Assembly: GCA_001603685.1 (NCBI GenBank)
Contig: LUZO01000043.1
Coordinates: 1 to 43,585, forward strand
Source: Bacteroidales bacterium Bact_23
GTDB taxonomy: Bacteria; Bacteroidota; Bacteroidia; Bacteroidales; Lentimicrobiaceae
Direction: 5' to 3'
DNA length: 43,585 nucleotides
The notes beneath the pieces are model-generated. The model searched no databases. It had not been told where the DNA came from and saw nothing but the letters and a program-made list of their open reading frames with translations. Position numbers and translations under genes: made by a program. Position 1 is the stretch's first letter. Every line of letters begins with the position of its first letter. Below are positions 18,816 to 27,961 of the stretch, piece by piece.

Positions 18816-20678
18816 TTACTTTTTGGCTGCTTTATGCGATTCGATGATAGAATTGAGCATTTGCTCGGTTTTGGCGGCGCCTTCGCCGAGCAGGAAAGCG
18901 ATTTTCTGAACCAGTTCGAAGTTTTCGTCAATCACTTCGCTTACGCGATGGATAACCTCCTCCTTACGCACTTCGGGCAGGTACATATCGCGCAGCACGG
19001 CGCCGGCAATCTTTCCCTTCTTGATGGCAAATACCGATACATTCAGCAGGCGCTCGCCCAGATGAACATCGCGGTTTACCACACTCTCGTTGGTGGAGAG
19101 TACGCCGGAAAAAAGTTTGTAAAACTGGAAAGGCAGCAGCGTTTTCAGGTCGGCGCCAACCAAACCCGGAATAATTTCGTTGATCTCCTCAGCCTCTTCG
19201 CCCAGAATATTGATAAAACTCTGATTCGACTCGATTACTTTCAGGTTTTCATCCACAATCACCACCGCGCTGGGCAGTTTCTGAAGCATGGTTGAAGTCC
19301 TTTCGAAAGCTTCCTGAACGGCCAGTTGCTCCTGCCTTGCCGACCGCTCCGACTCCATCAGCGCCTCCTGCGTTTTTGCCAGCTTTTCGTTGGTGAGCTT
19401 CAGTGTACGGATGAAATCGTGCTTGCTCCGCAGCGAGTAGGTAATGCACATATCGGTTTTGGTGAGGCCTTTGGCGACATTCTCGGCAAATTCGCGGCAC
19501 GATTCGTAGCCGCAGGCGCCGCAGCCCAGTTTATCCTCATTGCTCGACTTGCCGATGATCTTCAGAATCTCCTCTACCTTTTCCTCAGACGGTTTGGGAA
19601 GCCGCTGGTCGTTTTCGGCAAACGAAGCCCTGAAATCGGTGAGTCGGGCATGATTTGCACACGCCTTTTCCCAGGTATCCAGATTGAAATTCTTCAGTTT
19701 TTTATTGGCATAATCGGTAACCAGGGTTTTGCGCACATATTTCTTTCCGCCTTTCGATGTGCCGGGCCCCATAAGGCAGCCTTCACAGTAGAAGAGGTTG
19801 AAATGTTTGCGGATAAAGTCGATGGAGGTCTCAAATTCACGGATCGATTCCAGGATATTGACCTTACCCTCCGAAGTAATGACACTTCCCTGCATCAGGT
19901 CTTCATCCAGCCGTGCAGCCTGGAGGATTCCGTTGCTGACGGCATAGAGCGACCCCTTGTAACCCAGGGGCGGATCGAAATCGGAGTACTCAACCGTACT
20001 CTCCTTGATGTTAAATTCCGTAAAAAGCTGGCGCAACTCAACAAAAGTAAGCACGGCATCCACCCGGGCATCGCCTTCGTAGCGCAGCGCTTCCTCCTTT
20101 GCACCTATGCAGGGGCCAATGTAAACCACTTTCACCTCCTTGCCATAGAGCTGGCGCGAAATCTGCGCCGAGGCAATCATGGGGCTAACGATGGGTGCAA
20201 GGTTTCCAATCAGGTCGGGATGGAATTTTTCGATAAGCGCCACAATGGGCGGACAGTTTGTGGTGATGTAATACTTGCCGAGGAAATTGGTGAACAGCTC
20301 GCGGTATTCTGCCGCAACCAGGTCAACGCCAAACGAAACCTCATTTACATGAGAGAAACCCAGTTCGCGGATCATCCGCACAAATTTCCGGTAATCGGTA
20401 ATATCGTCGAACTCGCCTGAAATGCTGGGCGCGACGATGGCCACCACTTTCTGATCCGATGCCAGCAACTGCTTAACATCCTCACAGGAATCGCGGTAGG
20501 TAATGGCCTGTGGAGCGCACACCAGCAAGCAGCTTCCGCAGCCAATACAACGATCGTTGTTGACCACCGGGGCTTCCTGGTTCACCTTCACCTGAATGGC
20601 ATTAACCGGACAGGCGCGGACACAGGCATAGCAAATCTTGCATTTGCTTTTATCTATGCTTATAAGCGGAGCTTTCAT
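18816..20678 (-). CDS. Sensory-type (group C, HydS/HfsB-like) [FeFe]-hydrogenase domain protein with FeS and PAS domains
   Basis: 2x[4Fe-4S] N-terminus (CKICYACVRACP, CIGCGSC..CA); TTNCPP / GPCIGAKEE / YCEGCLMGPG; CGACGYESC..MC; PAS-like region; tail QKIAFLLGE. Confidence 0.85.
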   Translation of the reverse strand: MKAPLISIDKSKCKICYACVRACPVNAIQVKVNQEAPVVNNDRCIGCGSCLLVCAPQAITYRDSCEDVKQLLASDQKVVAIVAPSISGEFDDITDYRKFVRMIRELGFSHVNEVSFGVDLVAAEYRELFTNFLGKYYITTNCPPIVALIEKFHPDLIGNLAPIVSPMIASAQISRQLYGKEVKVVYIGPCIGAKEEALRYEGDARVDAVLTFVELRQLFTEFNIKESTVEYSDFDPPLGYKGSLYAVSNGILQAARLDEDLMQGSVITSEGKVNILESIREFETSIDFIRKHFNLFYCEGCLMGPGTSKGGKKYVRKTLVTDYANKKLKNFNLDTWEKACANHARLTDFRASFAENDQRLPKPSEEKVEEILKIIGKSSNEDKLGCGACGYESCREFAENVAKGLTKTDMCITYSLRSKHDFIRTLKLTNEKLAKTQEALMESERSARQEQLAVQEAFERTSTMLQKLPSAVVIVDENLKVIESNQSFINILGEEAEEINEIIPGLVGADLKTLLPFQFYKLFSGVLSTNESVVNRDVHLGERLLNVSVFAIKKGKIAGAVLRDMYLPEVRKEEVIHRVSEVIDENFELVQKIAFLLGEGAAKTEQMLNSIIESHKAAKK

Positions 20679-20705
20679 ACTTCAAAATTTTCCAGTGCTT
20701 TCAGA

Positions 20706-20996
20706 TCACACTCCCGATGAGGTCTTGCCAAAAATGCCATCGAGAATCATGATCACTTTATCTTCATTCAGCCCGGTATATTCCTTACCGTCGATATTGA
20801 TGAGCGGCCCCTTGTCGCAACTGCTGAAACAGTGAGCTCCGTGAAAATAAACCAGGTGCCTCAAGTTGCGTTCGTTCAGGTATTGCTCTATCACCTTCAC
20901 AAGTCTTTTGTTCCCTCTCGAAAAACAGGAACTGCCAAGACAGATCTGAATATCAATTCTGTTGTCCACAAATGTCGGTATTAAATCATTAACCAC
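20706..20996 (-). CDS. Thioredoxin-like [2Fe-2S] ferredoxin (HfsA-like)
   Basis: ICLGSSCFSRG ... HCFSSCDKGP; GTG start is uncertain. Confidence 0.82.
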   Translation of the reverse strand: MVNDLIPTFVDNRIDIQICLGSSCFSRGNKRLVKVIEQYLNERNLRHLVYFHGAHCFSSCDKGPLINIDGKEYTGLNEDKVIMILDGIFGKTSSGV

Positions 20997-21165
20997 CCGG
21001 CAACAGGCCGGATTTATACTTTGTCCAAATAAAGAGAGGCTATTTATATGATACTAAACTAATAATCAGCAGATTAAACCCTTTTTCATTCTTCCGGGGC
21101 ACCCTGTTCCACACTTTTATCCGTCAGTTTCAGCACAATAACCACTCATTTTTATTTGGAAGGAA

Positions 21166-21173
21166 CAAAAATA
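21166..21173 (-). promoter_or_regulatory. Putative -7 box of the leftward sensor operon
   Basis: TATTTTTG on the minus strand in the divergent intergenic region. Confidence 0.45.
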
Positions 21174-21193
21174 ATACATTTTTTAAAAAATAT

Positions 21194-21228
21194 CTGTTAA
21201 AAAATTAACAATGTTAAAAAAATAACAG
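21194..21228. promoter_or_regulatory. Tandem Rex-like operators
   Basis: CTGTTAAAAAATTAACAA (21194-21211) and ATGTTAAAAAAATAACAG (21211-21228) fit TTGTKAA-N4-TTMACAA; rex is encoded in the rightward operon. Confidence 0.7.
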
Positions 21229-21316
21229 TAATTTTATGCCAGAAATCATTTTAAGAAATGGTTTTCGGGTTTTACTCCGGTAAATCTCACATTTACACAA
21301 CCGAACAACGATTTTT

Positions 21317-21787
21317 ATGGCCGATAAGATTGATGAAATCATTGATAAGCACATCAGTGTACAGCGCGACAGTCTGTTACCCATGCTTCAGGATATCCAG
21401 AAGGAGATGGGATATCTGTCGGAGGAGTCGATAAACCGGATAGCCCGTGCGCTTGATATGCCCATCAGCAAGGTGTATGGGGTTGCCACCTTTTACGACC
21501 AGTTTCGTTTCGAAGCCAGGGGGCGCTTCCATATTCAGATTTGCCACGGCACCGCCTGCCACATCAACAACTCCGCCCGCATCATTCACGAAGCGGAACG
21601 GCTACTGAAGATCAGGCAGGGGCAGACCACACGCGACGGGATGTTCAGCATAGAGGTGGTTAACTGCATGGGTGCCTGCGGGTTATCGCCCGTGATGGCG
21701 GTAAACGACACCTACTACCACGGCATCGATCCCAACGACCTGAAAGATATTTTTGATGAATGCAAAGAAAAAATAAACCGGATATGA
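21317..21787 (+). CDS. hydC: HydC/NuoE-like [2Fe-2S] subunit of a trimeric hydrogenase
   Basis: VYGVATFYDQF, CHGTACH, CMGACGLSP. Confidence 0.9.
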   Translation: MADKIDEIIDKHISVQRDSLLPMLQDIQKEMGYLSEESINRIARALDMPISKVYGVATFYDQFRFEARGRFHIQICHGTACHINNSARIIHEAERLLKIRQGQTTRDGMFSIEVVNCMGACGLSPVMAVNDTYYHGIDPNDLKDIFDECKEKINRI

Positions 21788-23730
21788 ACGCACTGACCAC
21801 AACGGATATCAGGGAGCTTGCCGCGCATATTCTGTTGAACCCGCACTCGGACTTCGACACTGCCACCGAAGATTTTATCAGCCGGCTGAGGCGCGATACC
21901 ATTGACAAGCCGGTGATTTATGTCGGTACCGGCACCTGCGGTATGGTGGCAGGATCGCTGAAAACACTGGCTGCCATCAGGCAGTACCTTGCCGAGAAAG
22001 AGATTGATGCCGAAGTAGTTGAAGTGGGATGCATTGGCCTGTGCATTCATGAACCCATGGTGGATGTTCAGTTGCCCGGCAGACGCAGAATCGCCTTTTC
22101 GCGCATCACCGAGTCGCTGGTTGAGCCGCTGCTCGATGAAATTCTGAATTATGAAGTTCCGACGGAAAATGTGCTGGGACAGTATTCGCATCAGAACCAC
22201 GAAGCCTGGGAGAATGTAAGGCAACTGGCCGACCTCCCTTATTTCCGGCTTCAGAACCGGCTGGTTCTTCGGAACTGCGGAATCATAAACCCCTACTCCA
22301 TTGAGGAGTATATTGCACGGGGCGGATACCGCTCACTGGTAAGGGTTCTGCGCAACTACACGCCCGACAAGGTATGCGATATCGTTGAGGAGAGCGGCCT
22401 GCGCGGGCGCGGCGGCGGAGGGTTCCCCACCGGCAGAAAATGGAAAACAGCGCTCAATACCGTTGAGGAAGAGCGCTATCTGATCTGCAACGGCGATGAA
22501 AGCGATCCCGGAGCATTTATGGACAGGGCGATTTTCGAAGGCGACCCCCATAAACTGATTGAGGGAATTGCTATTGCGGCATACAGCATCAATGCAAAGA
22601 AGGCTTATGTATATGTCCGCGCCGAATACACCTTCGCCGTTGAACGGCTGAAACGGGCCATTGAACAGGCCACCGAAGCCGGTCTTCTGGGGCACAACAT
22701 CCTGAACAGCGGATTCAGCCTTCAGGTTTTGGTGAGGGAAGGCGCCGGCGCGTTTGTCTGCGGCGAAGAAACAGCACTGATTGCCAGCATCGAAGGAAAG
22801 CGGGGCACTCCGGGGCCAAAGCCGCCGTTCCCCTCCATCCGCGGGCTGTTCGGCAAACCAACCGTTGTCAACAATGTGGAAACACTGGCCAACATACCGG
22901 CCATCATCGAAAACGGGCCCAGTTGGTTCAGCTCAATGGGAACAGCAACTAGCAAAGGCACAAAGGTATTTGCCCTTGCCGGAAAGATATCCATCACCGG
23001 GCTTGCTGAAGTAACCATGGGCACCTCGCTCAAGGATCTGGTTTATATCATTGCCGGCGGTGTCAGGGATGGCAAAATGCTGAAAGCCATTCAGCTTGGA
23101 GGCCCCTCGGGAAGCTGTTTACCAGAAAAAAGCCTTGATGTACTAATTGATTATGAGTCTCTTAAAGAAGCAGGTACCATTATGGGATCGGGAGGACTTG
23201 TTGTTATGGACGAAGATACCTGCATGGTGGACATCGCCAAATTCTTTACCGATTTTCTGCAGCGCGAGAGTTGCGGAAAGTGCATTCCCTGCCGCGAAGG
23301 CTCAAGGCGAATGCATGAGATTCTGGAAAACATCACCCGAAGGCCGGTAAATGAAACCAGCCACGAAACCCTGCAGCGGTTCAAGGGGGTAATGCAACTC
23401 GAGAATCTTGCCGAGGTTATCAGGGATACCTCCCTCTGCGGACTCGGACAAACAGCGCCAAATCCCCTGCTCAGCGCCCTGAAGTATTTCAGGGAAGAGT
23501 TTGAAGAGCATATCTTCGACCGGAAATGCCGCGCAGGAGTATGTAAGGACCTGAAAGTCTATTACATAGATATTGAAAAATGCACCGGCTGTATGGTTTG
23601 TGCAAAGAAATGTCCAACCACGGCCATTATCGGATCATCGCGCACCCCGCATTTCATTGTGGAAGACAAATGCATCGGCTGCGGCATATGCTTCGATGTG
23701 TGCAAATTTGTTGCCGTTTATGTTAAATGA
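21784..23730 (+). CDS. hydB: HydB/NuoF-like FMN/NAD-binding diaphorase subunit
   Basis: ATG 21784 overlaps the hydC stop (ATGA); GRGGGGFPTG, DESDPGAFMDR, FVCGEETAL, GGPSG, ESCGKCIPCREG, SLCGLG; C-terminal 2x[4Fe-4S]. Confidence 0.92.
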   Translation: MNALTTTDIRELAAHILLNPHSDFDTATEDFISRLRRDTIDKPVIYVGTGTCGMVAGSLKTLAAIRQYLAEKEIDAEVVEVGCIGLCIHEPMVDVQLPGRRRIAFSRITESLVEPLLDEILNYEVPTENVLGQYSHQNHEAWENVRQLADLPYFRLQNRLVLRNCGIINPYSIEEYIARGGYRSLVRVLRNYTPDKVCDIVEESGLRGRGGGGFPTGRKWKTALNTVEEERYLICNGDESDPGAFMDRAIFEGDPHKLIEGIAIAAYSINAKKAYVYVRAEYTFAVERLKRAIEQATEAGLLGHNILNSGFSLQVLVREGAGAFVCGEETALIASIEGKRGTPGPKPPFPSIRGLFGKPTVVNNVETLANIPAIIENGPSWFSSMGTATSKGTKVFALAGKISITGLAEVTMGTSLKDLVYIIAGGVRDGKMLKAIQLGGPSGSCLPEKSLDVLIDYESLKEAGTIMGSGGLVVMDEDTCMVDIAKFFTDFLQRESCGKCIPCREGSRRMHEILENITRRPVNETSHETLQRFKGVMQLENLAEVIRDTSLCGLGQTAPNPLLSALKYFREEFEEHIFDRKCRAGVCKDLKVYYIDIEKCTGCMVCAKKCPTTAIIGSSRTPHFIVEDKCIGCGICFDVCKFVAVYVK

Positions 23731-23756
23731 CCTTAATGCCTTGAAACACTGTAGAT

Positions 23757-25481
23757 ATGAGCTTCCCGATAGAAGTAAACAATAAAACGATTATTGCCCG
23801 GCGCGGTGAAACCATTCTTGAGGCACTTGAGCGCAACGGCATAAAGGTACCCACGCTTTGCCACATGCCGGGACTGAATCCCTCGGGCTCGTGCCGGATG
23901 TGTGTGGTGGAAGTGGAAGGCAAGCCCAACCTTATTACCGCCTGCTCCTACCCCGTTGAAGAGTGGATGAAGATAAAGACGCACTCGCCGCGGGTGGTAA
24001 ATGCCCGGAAAACCAATGTTGAGCTGCTGCTGAGCAACCACCCTGACGATTGCCTCTATTGCGAAAGGAACGGCAACTGCGAGCTTCAGAACTTTGCCGA
24101 GCAACTGAATGTGCGAGAGCGCCGTTTTGTCGGCAAAAAGAACAAATACAAATCCGACCCTTCGGGCTCGAGCATCATCCGCGACCCCGCCAAATGCATT
24201 TTGTGCGGCCGCTGCGTCAGAACCTGCGAAGAGGTGATAGGCGCCGCCACGCTGGGATTTATCGGCAGAGGAAACAAAACCATCATCGGGCCGGCATTCA
24301 ACAAACAGATGAACCTTTCGAGCTGCATAACCTGCGGACAGTGCATTATGGCATGCCCCACAGGCGCCCTGCACGAAAAGCGCCACTCTTCCGACCTGCA
24401 GAATGCACTTCACAACAAGGATATTCATGTGGTTATACAGTACTCCCCCACCATCTCAATCAGCCTGGCCGAAGAGTTTGGACTTAAGGCGGGAAAGGAC
24501 ATCAACGGTCTTTTGAATGCCGCACTCCGCAAAACAGGCTTCGACAAGGTTTTCGATACCGCTTTCGGCGTTGACCTCTACATTATGGAGCTGGCTGCAG
24601 AATTTGAGCACCGTCTGAAGAACAACCTTCAACTGCCTATGTTCAACAGCGACTGTCCCGCCTGGATAAAATACATGGAGCAGTGGCAGCCCGATCTGAT
24701 TCCGAATGTATCCACCTGCAAATCGCCGCAGCAGATGCTGGGCGCCATCATTGCCGGCTATTACAGCAAAACCTACCACATCAACATTGATAACCTCTAC
24801 ACCGTTTCGGCCATGCCGTGCACGGCCAAGAAATTCGAAGCACAGCGCGAACAGATGACCATTAAGGGCATCAGCGATGTGGACGCCGTACTCACCACCC
24901 GCGAAATTGCTCAGTTTATCCGCCTGAATGGCATTGATATCCATCAGGGCGATCACGAGCTACCCGACATTCCGTTCCATGTCCACAGTTCGGCAGGCAA
25001 ACTGGTAAGCGTGAGCGGCGGGGTTACCGAAGCGTTAATCCGCACCCTGCATTACAAGCTAACCGGAAAGGAGTTTGACCACAAACGCATCAGCGAACTG
25101 CGGGTTAACAAGGATTGCAAGGAAGTAAAGCTGAAAATCGGCGATTACAAGCTTGGTTTTGCTGCCGTAAGTACCGTTAATCAGGCGGCACGGCTTATTG
25201 AAGAGATCAAGAACGGCAGAAACGACCTCCATTTCATCGAGGTTATGGCTTGTCCGGGCGGATGCGTAAACGGCGGCGGCCAGCCCATTGTTGACGATCC
25301 TTCAGCCGTAAAAGCCAGAATTAAGGCAATTTACGACCAGGATGACAAGGAACCGATCAGAATGGCTCACAAGAACCCGGCTATCATCGAGCTTTACAGG
25401 GAATTTCTGGGCGAGCCGCTGAGCGAACAAAGCATGAAACTTCTGCACACCTCATACAAAAAGAGGGAAGTGTCGTTGTAA
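23757..25481 (+). CDS. hydA: [FeFe]-hydrogenase large subunit, group A3 architecture with a divergent active site
   Basis: 2Fe-2S, His-ligated 4Fe-4S (HPDDCLYC..C) and 2x[4Fe-4S]; H-cluster motifs FNSDCPAW, MPCTAKKFE, EVMACPGGCVNGGGQP; C-terminal LLHTSY. Confidence 0.9.
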   Translation: MSFPIEVNNKTIIARRGETILEALERNGIKVPTLCHMPGLNPSGSCRMCVVEVEGKPNLITACSYPVEEWMKIKTHSPRVVNARKTNVELLLSNHPDDCLYCERNGNCELQNFAEQLNVRERRFVGKKNKYKSDPSGSSIIRDPAKCILCGRCVRTCEEVIGAATLGFIGRGNKTIIGPAFNKQMNLSSCITCGQCIMACPTGALHEKRHSSDLQNALHNKDIHVVIQYSPTISISLAEEFGLKAGKDINGLLNAALRKTGFDKVFDTAFGVDLYIMELAAEFEHRLKNNLQLPMFNSDCPAWIKYMEQWQPDLIPNVSTCKSPQQMLGAIIAGYYSKTYHINIDNLYTVSAMPCTAKKFEAQREQMTIKGISDVDAVLTTREIAQFIRLNGIDIHQGDHELPDIPFHVHSSAGKLVSVSGGVTEALIRTLHYKLTGKEFDHKRISELRVNKDCKEVKLKIGDYKLGFAAVSTVNQAARLIEEIKNGRNDLHFIEVMACPGGCVNGGGQPIVDDPSAVKARIKAIYDQDDKEPIRMAHKNPAIIELYREFLGEPLSEQSMKLLHTSYKKREVSL

Positions 25482-25499
25482 GATTAAAAAACCAATGCT

Positions 25500-27518
25500 A
25501 TGAGTATCGAAGAAATAACCCCGAAACGCCAGCTGGTTACCACCATCAGAGAACGGTGCCGGGTATGTTATACCTGCGTGCGCGAGTGTCCTGCCAAGGC
25601 CATCAAAATTATAAACGGCCAGGCGGAAGTTATTGCCGAACGATGCATTGGATGCGGGAACTGTGTAAAGGTCTGCAGTCAGAATGCCAAGGTTTTCCGC
25701 AAAGAGATTGATAAGGTTAAAGAGCTGATTGGCAGTGGCAATAAAGTGGCCGCCATTGTCGCTCCCAGTTTTCCGGCCGAGTTTGCCGAGATTAAGAATC
25801 ATCGCCTGCTGGTTTCCATAATCCGGGAGCTTGGATTCCACTATGTAGCCGAGGTTTCATTCGGCGCCGACCTGGTTGCCGGCGAATACAAAAAGATCCT
25901 TCAGTCGAAGCAGTTGCCGCCTGCCATTTCATCCGATTGTCCGGCAATCGTAAAATACATCGAGTATTATCATCCCAATCTGGTGGATTCGCTGGCGACC
26001 ATCGTTTCGCCTATGGTGGCCATGACCCGGGTAATGCGCAAAAAGTACGGCAGCAACCTTAAGGTTGTATTTATCGGCCCCTGCATTGCGAAAAAGGATG
26101 AATCGCCCGAAGTGGATGCTGCCCTCACCTACCGGGAACTCAGGGAGATGATCAGTCAGCATGGTCTGAAACCGGCGGATGTAATCCCAACCGACTTCGA
26201 TCCGCCAATGGGCGGCAGGGGCGCCATTTTTCCGGTGAGCAGGGGGCTGCTGAATACCGTGGGCGTGAAGGAGGATATTTTTGAGCGGAATGTCATTGTT
26301 GCCGAAGGAAGAAGCGACTTTCAGGAAGCCATCCGTGAATTTGAGAACGGCCAGATCTCGCAGGAGCATCTGGAACTGTTGTGCTGCGAAGGCTGCATCA
26401 TGGGGCCGGGAATGTCGCCCTATCCGTTTCTTTCATCACTCAGCCGGAGATTCAGAAAACGCGCCAGCGTTAGCGACTATGTCATCCACAAACTGGAGGA
26501 GATGGATATGGAGCAATGGGAGAAAGATTATGAACTCTACTCCACCATCGACCTGTACTGCGAATTTACCAGACGCGATATGCGCCTCGACCGGCCGGTA
26601 AGCAAGGAGATTGAAGAGGTACTGAATAAAATGGGAAAATTCGGCCCTCAGGATCACCTCGATTGCGGCGCCTGCGGCTATGAATCGTGCGAGGAGCACG
26701 CCATCGCCATCATCCGCGGCCTGGCCGAGCATGAAATGTGCCTCCCCTACACCATCGAAAAACTGCACAACTACATCGACGAGCTGAACATATCGAACGA
26801 GAAACTGGCCAGCGCCCAGGAGGCATTGCGGCAATCGGAGAAACTGGCCGGAATGGGACAGCTCTCGGCCGGAATTGCCCACGAACTGAATAACCCACTG
26901 GGGATCATCACTATGTACAGCAACATCCTGAAGGATGAAGCCGCACCCGACGACCCGATCAGAAACGACCTTGAGCTGATAGCCGAGCAGGCGGAACGCT
27001 GCAAGAAAATCGTGGGCGGACTGCTGAACTTTGCACGCAAAAACCAGGTAAATTATGAGGAAAACGACATAAACCGCCTGATGGAACACTCGATCAGCTC
27101 GGTGGTACTACCCGAAAATATTAAGATATCACTCGAATCCAACATTATGAATCCTGTAATCAGGCTCGATTTCGACCAGATGACACAGGTATTCACCAAC
27201 CTGCTGAAAAACGCCGGCGAAGCAATGCCCGAAGAGGGAGGCACCATCAGCATAATCATGAGTGATACCGACGACAATGTGACCATAAACATAGCCGATA
27301 CCGGATCGGGAATTGAGGAGGAGAACCACAACAAGCTGTTTACGCCGTTTTTCACCACCAAACCCATTGGTAAAGGCACCGGACTGGGGCTGCCTATTAT
27401 ATATGGTATAGTAAAGATGCACAAAGGCAAAATCTCATTCAACTCGAATGCTGACAAATCCAGAGGACCAACCGGCACCACCTTCACCATTGTACTTCCC
27501 AGATATGGGATGAGTTAA
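25500..27518 (+). CDS. [FeFe]-hydrogenase-like sensor fused to a histidine kinase (group C, kinase-linked)
   Basis: 2x[4Fe-4S]; SSDCPA / GPCIAKKDE / ELLCCEGCIMGPG; CGACGYESC..MC; AHELNNPL H-box, NLLKNA, DTGSGI, FTPFFTTK, GTGLGL; no TM segment. Confidence 0.9.
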   Translation: MSIEEITPKRQLVTTIRERCRVCYTCVRECPAKAIKIINGQAEVIAERCIGCGNCVKVCSQNAKVFRKEIDKVKELIGSGNKVAAIVAPSFPAEFAEIKNHRLLVSIIRELGFHYVAEVSFGADLVAGEYKKILQSKQLPPAISSDCPAIVKYIEYYHPNLVDSLATIVSPMVAMTRVMRKKYGSNLKVVFIGPCIAKKDESPEVDAALTYRELREMISQHGLKPADVIPTDFDPPMGGRGAIFPVSRGLLNTVGVKEDIFERNVIVAEGRSDFQEAIREFENGQISQEHLELLCCEGCIMGPGMSPYPFLSSLSRRFRKRASVSDYVIHKLEEMDMEQWEKDYELYSTIDLYCEFTRRDMRLDRPVSKEIEEVLNKMGKFGPQDHLDCGACGYESCEEHAIAIIRGLAEHEMCLPYTIEKLHNYIDELNISNEKLASAQEALRQSEKLAGMGQLSAGIAHELNNPLGIITMYSNILKDEAAPDDPIRNDLELIAEQAERCKKIVGGLLNFARKNQVNYEENDINRLMEHSISSVVLPENIKISLESNIMNPVIRLDFDQMTQVFTNLLKNAGEAMPEEGGTISIIMSDTDDNVTINIADTGSGIEEENHNKLFTPFFTTKPIGKGTGLGLPIIYGIVKMHKGKISFNSNADKSRGPTGTTFTIVLPRYGMS

Positions 27519-27562
27519 AAATCAATTAATTAACTAAAGAAAAATCTGAATTTCCATACAAA

Positions 27563-27958
27563 ATGACCAAAATGAAAAAGACTGTTTTAATTGTTGACGA
27601 TGACATGGATTATCTGTTCCAGATGAAGCTGAAAGTGGAACAGTTTGGTTTCGAAACGATTACGGCTGATGGCCAGAAAGAGGCAGAATCCATTATCGAA
27701 ACCGTCAGGCCCGACCTTGCCATTCTCGACCTGATGATGGAGAGCGAAGACAGCGGTTTTATCCTGGCCTACAAAATCAAGCGTAAATATCCGGATGTGC
27801 CCATCATTATTGCAACAGCGGTAACTGCCGAAACCGGAATGAATTTCGATATCAAGTCGGATGAAAACAAACAGTGGATCAAGGCCGACCTTTTTCTCGA
27901 CAAGGGAATCAGGGCCGATCAACTGCAGAGAGAAATCAATAAATTGTTAAAAATCTGA
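27563..27958 (+). CDS. Single-domain response regulator (receiver only)
   Basis: VDDD, ILDLMME (phospho-Asp), ATA, LDK; no output domain; alternative start at 27572. Confidence 0.88.
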   Translation: MTKMKKTVLIVDDDMDYLFQMKLKVEQFGFETITADGQKEAESIIETVRPDLAILDLMMESEDSGFILAYKIKRKYPDVPIIIATAVTAETGMNFDIKSDENKQWIKADLFLDKGIRADQLQREINKLLKI

Positions 27959-27961
27959 GAA

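Noticed and set aside
18171-20420. Long plus-strand ORFs (374 aa and 364 aa)
   Set aside because: Antisense shadows of the phosphatase and sensor genes with no recognisable motifs
21317-25481. Respiratory complex I nuoEFG
   Set aside because: No membrane nuo genes in the window, and the third subunit carries H-cluster motifs
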